Shown piece by piece: positions 54,901 to 64,000 of a stretch of DNA of 64,000 bases. The stretch spans positions 3,162,001-3,226,000 of the forward strand of contig CM038999.1 in the NCBI GenBank assembly GCA_017499595.2, given 5' to 3'. The translations under genes and the position numbers were made by a program. Numbering within the stretch: position 1 is the stretch's first letter; the number at the start of each line of letters is the position of its first letter. The DNA comes from Psilocybe cubensis (taxonomy: Eukaryota). The notes below the pieces were generated by a model. The model was not told the DNA's origin and searched no databases. It saw only the letters and a program-made list of their open reading frames with translations.

Positions 54901-55585
54901 TGCGCCCGCGCGTTACGTGTTGTAGAAGCACTAACCACCGGCAAGTCAGCTATAGAGATGACTGATGTATAAGAAAGGTCTTTACCAAGGATCAAAATAA
55001 CAGAATATGAGAGCACTGGAAACTGTTCAGCTCAGTTGACAGTGAGAAGGCCTTGGTTTGCCGTGGTTGGTAAATTTTGGAGCTCCGATCCGTCGCGGAC
55101 TCACGGGTGGTCAAGAAATATCTCCTGGATGCATGTTCTTCCACTACGATCTGACATTTTACCATAATTCTCGCAACACCCCAACAAATTCTACCATTTG
55201 CAACCTTCATCACAGATGTTTGGACGACAGACAATTTCCAGGTTGCATCTTGTACCCTGAACAGCAGATTTAACATAATCCAAAACCTGTATTAAGCCAT
55301 GAAACAACGCCGCCCCCATGTTTTTATTTTACGCTAAACGTGGCAGCACTGTCTGTGCTACCCAACTTCGGATTATAATGACCTGACGCCACCAGAATCT
55401 AAGATTTGTATTCAGTCTCGTAAAAGGCGCCCATCCACACTATTGCCTGATGGCAGTACAAGGTCATCTCGGGACATGGTTTTGACTAAACACCGTGCTT
55501 TCTGGCAACAAGCATGGAGAACTACTTAATGAGATGCTTTGAAGGGACATATTTCGTGGCCGTAAATCCCCTGTGTCTCTTCAAT

Positions 55586-58500
55586 ATGTTCAAACTTCTA
55601 GCTTTATGTTCAGCCTTCATAGCTGCGACGGCAGTCCTCGCATTACCCACTGCTCAAGATGTACTTAAATCTCTCATTTACGTAGGATTCAACACACCGG
55701 ATCCTCAAATTCAATACGAACTTGACCTCAACAACACTATGGTTGATGCTTGGACAAACGAAGTGGTCAACACACACAACAAGTATCGTGCCCAATATCG
55801 CGCACCGCCCGTCACCTGGAGCAATGATCTCTACGCAGGTACACTTGCGTGGGCTAGGCAATGCCAATTCCGTCACAGGTTGGATAATCCAATATTTTCG
55901 TTTCATAAGATTAACTGATGCTAATGTTATGACATGACCTCTCCTCGTCTCCCTCTTTAGGTAGTTACCATTACCATATCGGGCTCGACCCCATTTTCCT
56001 ATAAAGGTCGAGCCCCTCCCTCTTGTACCTTAGTCTTGACCTTGTCAATACGACTCTCTTCTCGTTGTTTCGTCTCGCCTTTTGTGCCTCCAAGTCCTCG
56101 CCTGACATCAGGTCAAGACTAAAACCAAACGCTTACCTCCGTATTGTGTCTGAAGCGCCCTAAAAAGCGCATATACCTTCACGCCGCCGCGCCTTAAAAG
56201 CGCATATAGTCACCTCTTGTGTCTTGTCTCACGTTCTGTTCTTGCCCGCCACGGCTCGCTTGTTTTCTGCCGCTTTCGCTCGCTTCGCAAACCGTCATTC
56301 TCGCCGTGTACGACGCAGTCGTATCCATCTTTACTACCGCTCCGTACCTAAACCTCGTCCTTGGACGGGCCCCGTCGTCTTTCTTCTCTGTTTCGGCTCT
56401 TTCATAGAGGTTCCGTTCCGTGATCGCTACTCTATCGTATACAGTAAAAACCGTTCCATTTTCCTTTAATTCTCCCATCTATTACCTCATGCCGACTGCC
56501 TTACGCTCCGGTGCTAACGCGGGTCAGACTCCGTCCGACAATGCTGGCTCTACTCCGAACCCTGGTTCTGGCCAAGTTGCCGCACTGAACACTGTCAACC
56601 AGGGGTCGTCTGCAACAACCGACCCCTTGGGTGGCTCTTCTGGCTCTGCTGGTATTCCCCCTGCGACTGAGCGGCCTGTTTTCTTCACTCCTAGTAACTT
56701 ACGCTTCATCCTGAGCGACAATCGCAATGCCTTCATCGCCGCCATGGTCACAGCCTTGGACGAACTCAACACATTGCGAGGCCCCGCTCACACTCACGCT
56801 ACACCTCCACCTGCCCGCCGTGCACCCAAATTAAACAAGCCTCCCTCTTTCAATGGCTCCTCTGAAGACTGCCCTGATTTCCTTGCTATGGTCCGCGCAT
56901 ATATTTCAGCAAATCGTCAGGATTTCGACGACGTACGCACTCAGGTGTTGTTTTGTCTTTCACACTGCGGCTCCGGCGCGGCCCGCGACTGGCGTGTCCT
57001 CATGATGGAGGACATTGAGTCCGGCGATTACGTCATCACGACGTGGGACGACTTCGAGAAGTTATTCAAGCGCACCTTCTTGTCCCACTACACCGAGGAC
57101 GATGCCGCTCGTGGCATCGACACCATCAGGCAAGGCTCTACTCCGACCCAGGAGTTCCACATCGCCTTTGACGGTCTCGTACGACGCTCCGCATTCGATG
57201 ACAAAGCAATTGTCTTCCACTTCAAGCAGGCTCTGCGCCCCGACCTACTCAGGGAATGTACTCGGGTCTTCCCCGCACCCACAACGTGGCAGGAATGGCG
57301 TAGAGTCGCACTGGAGCAGTCTCACCGTCTCTCGGAGGTTGACGCTACCCTGGCGCATGCGCGACGCAACACGTATCATCCCCCCCATCTCCGTAACACC
57401 AACACCAACACCAACCCCACCCCAAACTACCCCACCGCCATCACCGTTCCTACTACCACTCCTAAACCAACTGTCGTTACCAGCACCACAACCCCTGCCC
57501 CACATGCAACACTTCCTCAACCCGCCCCTGTCGTCAACGCTCCACGCGCTCGCGTCGACCCCGCAACTGTTAACTGCCACAACTGTGGCACCCGGGGTCA
57601 TTTCGCCCGCAACTGTCCTCGCCCCTACGATGCCCAATTCCGCCGTAACTCTCGCAACCGCCTTTTACAAGCGCGCAATCTTGTCGAAGAATTTGCTGCC
57701 CTACCCGAGGAGGAAAGGGAGGAGATCTTCAAGGTTGTTGAGGGTGAAGAGGAGGATGGCGCTCAGGAGGATTTTGTACAAGCCGCCGAGTGTTGAATGT
57801 GTCCTCGACGGTTAAAGAGTTTCTGTCTGTATGTCTTACTGCAATACAACTGTTTCCTCATTCCACAACCACATTGCCTTCTAAGCTAAACTTACCCACA
57901 CCCCCTGCCCAACACCCTCAATGCCCCTTCCCATGCCCTCCCCCTCCCCGAGCCCTGTGCGAAGATGTGCCCGACGAGGAACCATCTCGCATTGCACCCT
58001 TGCCCATCGACGGGTCCATCCTGTGCCATATCGACGTGCAAACTGACACCCCCACCACTGTTACCACTACCCAAACACCCAACACCGCTGGCAACTCCCC
58101 AAAATCCGCCGCTTTGTCCCTGCTGCTACGCTGTAAGACCTCCTACCCTAACTACTCGTCCTGTCGCCGCATGTTATTCAAGTGGGTATCTAAGGAACGT
58201 TGGGATGAGATCGACGAATCACTCATTGATGCCCTCTGCTCTCTACCCGAGGATCTTGCCTTGCAGGTTCTGCGTCAACTCCGTCAACAGAAGGAGTACA
58301 TATCGCGCCTGGGTAGCAACTCTATGCACATCCCCATGTCCGTTCAGTCCTCTGCTGTTGCCGCCCCCGTCGATGTTGTTGCGCTGCTTGACAGCGGTGC
58401 CTCGGGCTGTTACATTGATACTAAGTTTGCTACCTTGCTCAATGCCGAACTGACGCAGTTACCCCACCCCATTGCGGTTTACAACGTCGACGGATCCCGT

Positions 58501-61500
58501 AATAGTGCGGGTTCAATCACCCACACTACTACCCTGCAGGTCACCATCGGCGACCACGTTGAAAACCTGCGGTTCTCCGTCACCAACACGGGCTCTTCCA
58601 AGATCATACTCGGGCTCTCCTGGCTTCGCTTCCACAATCCGAATATCAATTGGAAGCTCGCCAGGCTCTGCTTCTCTCGTTGTCCCTCATCCTGCGGCTC
58701 CGACGTCGTTCGTCAGACTCACCCCGATGCAAATGTACAATGCCGCATTGCGGCCTGTTCCGAGGTCCACGACGACGACGACGTTACCGAGGATGATGCC
58801 TCCCCCGACGACAACGCACCGACAGTAGAAGAATGGGCTCGTGCCATCCGTGAGTCAATTGATCCCGACGACGAGATGCTTTGCGTCGACATCAATGAGC
58901 TGACAAAACCGCACACACCTGAGCCCTCAATTGTGCATGAGTATCTACGTGCCCAACGCGAAGCCGCCTCGTACCCCGACCGTTACATCAAGGACTTTGC
59001 CCCCGTGTTTGAGAAGTCCGAGTTCGACAAGTTACCCCCTCGCCGACCCTGGGACCATGCCATCAACCTCCAGCCTGACGCCCACACCATCAAGGCGAAG
59101 ATCTACCCGCTGTCCCCCATAGAATCTGCCGCTGCCGATGAGTTTCTTAATGAAGAGTTGCGTACAGGCCGTATCCGACCATCGATCTCACCTTTTGCTT
59201 CACCCTTCTTCTTTGTGAAAAAGAAAGACGGCTCCTTACGCCCTGTCCAGGATTACCGCAAGCTCAACGAGATGACTATTCGCAACCGCTACCCATTACC
59301 CCTCATCTCGGAACTGATGGACAAACTCAAGGGGGCAAAATACTTCACCAAGCTCGATATCCGTTGGGGTTATAATAATGTGCGCATTCGCGAGGGCGAC
59401 GAGCACAAAGCGGCTTTTATCACCAACCGCGGCCTCTTCGAACCCCTCGTTATGTATTTCGGCCTCTGCAACTCTCCGGCCACCTTCCAAAACATGATGA
59501 ATGACTTGTTCAAAACGCTCATTGATGAAGGTCACGTCATCATTTACATGGATGATATTCTAATCTTCTCTAATGACCTTGCTGAACACCGCCGTCTCGT
59601 CAATAAGGTGTTACAGATCCTCAAGGACAACAACTTGTATCTGAAACCGGAGAAATGCGAATTCGAGAAGTCAGAGGTGGAGTTTCTAGGTGTCATTGTT
59701 TCCGAGGGTTGCCTGCGCATGGATCCCAAGAAGGTGGTAGCAATCAAGGAGTGGCCCGTTCCCAGGTCAAAAAAGGACGTTCAACAATTCCTCGGGTTCT
59801 GCAACTTTTACCGCCGTTTCATCCGCTCCTTCGCCAAACTCGCTGCCCCTCTCAACCGCCTCTGTGGTAAGTCTGCCTGGGTATGGTCCGACACACACAA
59901 CCTCGCCTTTGATCAACTCCGTTCTGCTGCCGCGTCCAGCCCCGTTCTTGCTTTGCCTCTTGACGACGCCCCTTTCCGCATTGAAGCCGACAGCTCTGGG
60001 TTTGCGACGGGGGCTGTTCTCTCCCAACTGCAGGACTCTGTCTGGCGACCCGTCGCCTTCTCTTCAAAGTCTCTTTCGGAGGTCGAGCGCAACTACGACA
60101 TCCACGACCGCGAGCTCCTGTCGATCATGCGCGCGTTGGAGGATTGGCGTCGCTATCTACACGGCTCCTCCACACCCGTTGAGATTTTATCTGACCACCG
60201 CAACCTCCAATATTTCATGACAAATCAAAAGCTTAACCGCCGTCAAGCCCGCTGGTCGTTGGAACTGTCTGAGTATAACTTCATCCTGGTGCACAAACCC
60301 GGTCCCACAATGGTGTGCGCCGATGCTCTCTCTCGCCGCCCCGATCACGAGAAGGGTTGTGAGGACAACGCCGATGTCATTCTGTTGAAAGCGCATCTCA
60401 TCCGCCAATCCCACGTCGACCTTCCCGACTCCCCGTTCCTCACTGAAATCAAGCAGCACAAACACCAGCTCGCCGAGATGTACGACCGTCATTGCAACTC
60501 CGACGGCTGGCTCTTTGCAGATGGGGTTGTTACCTGGCACAATCGGATCTACGTACCAGACAAAGGTGACCTCCGTCAACGCATCCTTCACGCCAACCAT
60601 GACTCTATCTCAGCGGGTCACCCTGGCCGGGCGAAGACCGTGGAGCTTGTACTTAGGGACTACTGGTGGCCGACTTTGTCTCGCGATGCCCATCGCTACG
60701 TCGACGGTTGTGCAGCTTGTCAGAAATGCAAACCACTGCGTCAAAGACCCCAGGGCCTCCTCACGCCAAACGCCATTCCGGACTGCAACTGGGATGTCAT
60801 ATCCGTCGACCTCATTGTCGACCTGCCGCGATCTTCAGGTTACGACGCAATCTTTGTGGTGGTCGACCGTCTCAGCAAAATGGTGCGAATCATGCCGTGT
60901 CGCAAGACAATTACTGCCGAGGGTTTGGCCAGGCTCTACCGGGACCATGTATGGAGATTCTTTGGCCTACCACGTCGCATCATCTCTGACAGAGGTTCGG
61001 TCTTCCTCGCCAACTTCATGAGGGCACTGAATGCGCTACTGGGCATCTCTGAGAACGCCTCTACCGCCTTCCGACCCCAAACCGACGGCCAGACCGAACG
61101 CGCCAACCAGGAAATCGAGCAATACCTCCGGATCTTTGTCAACAACCGGCAGACCGATTGGGCCGAGTGGCTGGCTTGCGCTGAGTTTGCCATTAACAAC
61201 AAGGTGAACACGTCAACAGGCTTCTCTCCGTTCTTCCTCAACTACGGTCGCGATCCACGCCGTCCATTGCAACCCGTCCGCTCTTCCCCAACCTCCGTTA
61301 AGAAAGCGAACGAGTTCGCTGCGAAAATGGGTGCCCTTGCCGCAGAATCCTCATCAGCACTCAAATTGGCCGCGGACGCAATGTCGAGAGCATACAACAA
61401 GTCACACAAAGCAGCCCCCGACCTCCAACCAGGCGACCTCGTGCTACTCGACGCATCCGACATCAAGACGAGCAGACCCTGTAAAAAACTCGACGACAAG

Positions 61501-62637
61501 CGCCATGGTCCATTCGAAGTCATCGAGAAAGTTGGTCTACAGTCTTACAGGCTCAAACTCCCAGCCGGTTGGCGAATACACAACGTTTTCCACGTTTCCA
61601 AGCTCCACCCCTTCCGGCCCGCTTCTTCACCCTTACAGGAACCCTCGCAACCCGCCCCCGATGTCGCGGTTGACTCCCCTACTCGCGCTGTTGCTTCAGT
61701 CCTCGACCACAAATTTCTACGCAATTCCACTCTCTTTTATGTCACTCTAGAAGGCCTCGACTCTAATCATTGTATTTGGGCTGCACGTAATACCCTCTTC
61801 GACCCTAATAATCTTATTAATATTTATCTTTCCTCCCAAAGCACGCCTCCCCCCGGCGACGTTTCTTAAGGAGGGGGTGATGTTATGACATGACCTCTCC
61901 TCGTCTCCCTCTTTAGGTAGTTACCATTACCATATCGGGCTCGACCCCATTTTCCTATAAAGGTCGAGCCCCTCCCTCTTGTACCTTAGTCTTGACCTTG
62001 TCAATACGACTCTCTTCTCGTTGTTTCGTCTCGCCTTTTGTGCCTCCAAGTCCTCGCCTGACAGCTAATCAGCATTCCTTCTAAACCATAGCGCCGGTGG
62101 AGGCAAATATGGTGAGAACCTTGTAAGCTACCGTAGGACCTCTTTAGCACTTCGTCTTTCTGAAAATCAAATTACCGATACTGTTTAGTTCGCTGGAACT
62201 GGAAACACTGGCCTTGGTCCAGGGGTCAAATCGTGGATGGATGAAGCATCGAAATATGACTGTGAGGCCCAGAATGAACATCACACGGCTGCGTTTGCTC
62301 ACGCAACTTATACAGGGAACAAACCGGGTTTCTCCTCGGGAACTGGTCACTTCACTCAGGTTGGTTTTGCCTGTTGTTATTATATAGGCTCAATTATCAT
62401 TTCACTCATATTGAAAAATTAGGTCGTGTGGAAGGGATCAAAGCAGGTTTTGTGTGCTTTAGCTAACTGTCCGGGTGGATCTATCTTTTCGCAACCATCA
62501 AAATACCTCGTATGTCGATACTCTCCTGCAGGAAACGTCATTGGGCAGTTCCCGTATGTATCTTACAGAACCACATCTGCATCGATCGCTACTTAACTTC
62601 TTTGTTCATCAGAGCAAATGTTGGCCGACATGTTTAA
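55586..62637 (+). CDS. secreted CAP/SCP/PR-1 (Pry-like) protein whose intron contains the retrotransposon
   Basis: Signal peptide and HNKYRAQY...VTWS...WARQCQFRH upstream of the element. GENL, GHFTQVVWK and VCRYSPAGNVIG exons lie downstream. TAA at 62635-62637. Confidence 0.88.
55925..56107 (+). repeat. 5' LTR
   Basis: Identical by eye to 61881-62063. TATAAA at 56000-56005. Confidence 0.97.
56489..57796 (+). CDS. gag: Gag (capsid plus CCHC zinc knuckle)
   Basis: PPSFNG, IRQGS and CHNCGTRGHFARNC motifs. Confidence 0.93.
   Translation: MPTALRSGANAGQTPSDNAGSTPNPGSGQVAALNTVNQGSSATTDPLGGSSGSAGIPPATERPVFFTPSNLRFILSDNRNAFIAAMVTALDELNTLRGPAHTHATPPPARRAPKLNKPPSFNGSSEDCPDFLAMVRAYISANRQDFDDVRTQVLFCLSHCGSGAARDWRVLMMEDIESGDYVITTWDDFEKLFKRTFLSHYTEDDAARGIDTIRQGSTPTQEFHIAFDGLVRRSAFDDKAIVFHFKQALRPDLLRECTRVFPAPTTWQEWRRVALEQSHRLSEVDATLAHARRNTYHPPHLRNTNTNTNPTPNYPTAITVPTTTPKPTVVTSTTTPAPHATLPQPAPVVNAPRARVDPATVNCHNCGTRGHFARNCPRPYDAQFRRNSRNRLLQARNLVEEFAALPEEEREEIFKVVEGEEEDGAQEDFVQAAEC
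57790..61869 (+). CDS. pol: Pol (protease, RT, RNase H, integrase, degenerate chromodomain), -1 frame relative to gag
   Basis: LLDSGASG, YMDDILI, ADSSG...YDIHDRELL, H...H...CAAC, ISVD/ISDRG/GQTERAN, HGPFEV...IHNVFHVS. Domain order PR-RT-RH-IN. Confidence 0.97.
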   Translation: MLNVSSTVKEFLSVCLTAIQLFPHSTTTLPSKLNLPTPPAQHPQCPFPCPPPPRALCEDVPDEEPSRIAPLPIDGSILCHIDVQTDTPTTVTTTQTPNTAGNSPKSAALSLLLRCKTSYPNYSSCRRMLFKWVSKERWDEIDESLIDALCSLPEDLALQVLRQLRQQKEYISRLGSNSMHIPMSVQSSAVAAPVDVVALLDSGASGCYIDTKFATLLNAELTQLPHPIAVYNVDGSRNSAGSITHTTTLQVTIGDHVENLRFSVTNTGSSKIILGLSWLRFHNPNINWKLARLCFSRCPSSCGSDVVRQTHPDANVQCRIAACSEVHDDDDVTEDDASPDDNAPTVEEWARAIRESIDPDDEMLCVDINELTKPHTPEPSIVHEYLRAQREAASYPDRYIKDFAPVFEKSEFDKLPPRRPWDHAINLQPDAHTIKAKIYPLSPIESAAADEFLNEELRTGRIRPSISPFASPFFFVKKKDGSLRPVQDYRKLNEMTIRNRYPLPLISELMDKLKGAKYFTKLDIRWGYNNVRIREGDEHKAAFITNRGLFEPLVMYFGLCNSPATFQNMMNDLFKTLIDEGHVIIYMDDILIFSNDLAEHRRLVNKVLQILKDNNLYLKPEKCEFEKSEVEFLGVIVSEGCLRMDPKKVVAIKEWPVPRSKKDVQQFLGFCNFYRRFIRSFAKLAAPLNRLCGKSAWVWSDTHNLAFDQLRSAAASSPVLALPLDDAPFRIEADSSGFATGAVLSQLQDSVWRPVAFSSKSLSEVERNYDIHDRELLSIMRALEDWRRYLHGSSTPVEILSDHRNLQYFMTNQKLNRRQARWSLELSEYNFILVHKPGPTMVCADALSRRPDHEKGCEDNADVILLKAHLIRQSHVDLPDSPFLTEIKQHKHQLAEMYDRHCNSDGWLFADGVVTWHNRIYVPDKGDLRQRILHANHDSISAGHPGRAKTVELVLRDYWWPTLSRDAHRYVDGCAACQKCKPLRQRPQGLLTPNAIPDCNWDVISVDLIVDLPRSSGYDAIFVVVDRLSKMVRIMPCRKTITAEGLARLYRDHVWRFFGLPRRIISDRGSVFLANFMRALNALLGISENASTAFRPQTDGQTERANQEIEQYLRIFVNNRQTDWAEWLACAEFAINNKVNTSTGFSPFFLNYGRDPRRPLQPVRSSPTSVKKANEFAAKMGALAAESSSALKLAADAMSRAYNKSHKAAPDLQPGDLVLLDASDIKTSRPCKKLDDKRHGPFEVIEKVGLQSYRLKLPAGWRIHNVFHVSKLHPFRPASSPLQEPSQPAPDVAVDSPTRAVASVLDHKFLRNSTLFYVTLEGLDSNHCIWAARNTLFDPNNLINIYLSSQSTPPPGDVS
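61881..62063 (+). repeat. 3' LTR
   Basis: Direct repeat of 55925-56107. Confidence 0.97.
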
Positions 62638-63493
62638 GTAGATATATCCCCCCAGTTTCATCACTGGTCTGTAAATCCAAATATGGAATTCAGATTAAGG
62701 ATATAGCTTACAACGGTATAATTTGGAAGGGACGTACCTGGTAGATTCCATTTTACTACCTGTACTGAAATATGCAAATATCGAGCGCTTTGTATCTTCA
62801 AAATTGTAGTCAGCATACCTAACTTTGCATAGAAGAATGTTTAAAAGGTTTAACCGCAGTACCAGTCTTGCAATTTGGACCGACTGTGGCAAGAAGCATC
62901 CGTAGTTGATCGTTCCCTTACATATTCATTCTAATAATTAGTATAAGGGCGGCTAAGCAGTGTTCAGGTTATACCTCCTACCAGAAAGTGACGGAGTTTA
63001 ACTCCAACTGGGATCTACGCACGAGCGAACGCGTTGCCACCGCGTCGCGTACACGGTAACAGTAGGTCACGTGAAACTACAAACTCATCAGCTGATCAGA
63101 AATTTCGCTTTGTGGTCCCTGTCATGGAGCTTGGTACCACCAACCTCACTTATTACTGTCTCTCTTAATCGATTCAACCCCCGAGTCGTGTTGATACCAA
63201 GTTGTTATCTTCATTTAACTCAACTTTTTATAATCCTCAGTCATCAATGTCGATGTTTATTGAAGCGAGTACACGTCAAACATGTGTTCAAGACAAGAAT
63301 ACTCGCCTTTTGAACTGCAAATGTCCACGCTCAGCCTATAATTGCCCAATTCTTCCCAGCTACTGCATTACACTACCTTTCTTTGGCTGGGATCATTCAC
63401 CCAAGACAAAATATCGAGGAACGCTATATAGAACTTGAGCATTTCTTGTTTACCAGCAGCTATCATTCCGATAACAAGTCCAAACTGTTACCA

Positions 63494-64000
63494 ATGCCGG
63501 ACTTCATTCAGGCTCTAATGTCTCTTGCGGTTATAATTGCCGTGTGGCAACTTAAACGATACCTTTCTGCCTCTACAGCATTGGATAATATTCCAGGCCC
63601 TCCGGGAGCATCTTGGGTGTTTGGTAAGGCTGATTTTGATATCATAGTACGCCATCTAACACGGGCACACTTTGTTAAGGCTCGATTATCGAACTTTTTA
63701 ACCCTGACGCATGGGGATTCCACGATAGGATTGCTCAGGAATGTAAGCAGGCTATCCCTTCTCTCCACATTTGGTCTGAATACTTTTCAAGATGGATCCA
63801 TTGTTCGAGTCAAGGGGGCCTTTGGGGTTCGTCGTGCTTCCTACAGCTAACACAAAACCGCCCTAATTCTCTAACGATACAAAAAGTCTAATCAACTTTA
63901 TGTTTATGATCCTAGCGTTGTTCATCACATCGTAGCAAAAGTGAGAAATACGGGAGTTCATTTAATTATATGCTCGATTTTTTTGACGATTTGAGGCATG
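63494..64000 (+). CDS. cytochrome P450, 5' exons (continues beyond the window)
   Basis: N-terminal membrane anchor, LDNIPGPP...WVFG hinge, then YGSIVRVKGAFG and LYVYDP. The haem-binding motif is outside the window. Confidence 0.75.

Larger units (their letters stand above)
55925..62063 (+). mobile_element. full-length Ty3/gypsy (chromovirus-like) LTR retrotransposon
   Basis: 183-bp TG...CA LTRs, 5-bp target-site duplication GCTAA (55920-55924 and 62064-62068), polypurine tract AAGGAGGGGGTGA before the 3' LTR, open gag and pol. Confidence 0.97.

Overview
Intron-rich fungal DNA from an agaricomycete (mushroom-type) genome; the species cannot be fixed from sequence alone. The main feature is an 11,202-bp DNA transposon (6304-17505) with CAC...GTG ends, a TA target-site duplication and palindromic subterminal repeats. 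It split the last exon of the middle copy of three tandem secreted metallophosphoesterase genes. It encodes a CACTA/EnSpm(CMC)-like transposase, a convergent TET/JBP-family 2OG-Fe(II) dioxygenase with a CpG-rich 45-bp coding repeat, and two further cargo genes. The cargo genes carry five in-frame stops, all explainable by C-to-T changes. The window also holds an intact, probably self-priming Ty3/gypsy element with identical LTRs inserted at the intron branch point of a CAP/PR-1 gene, and a 607-bp foldback MITE. Host genes include a CHY zinc finger, a PII-like small protein, COPI zeta, an F-BAR/SH3 protein, a four-RRM protein, three PTH11-like membrane paralogues, a CARNMT1-like methyltransferase and the start of a cytochrome P450. 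Exon boundaries were read by eye; family calls come from recognised motifs, not database searches.
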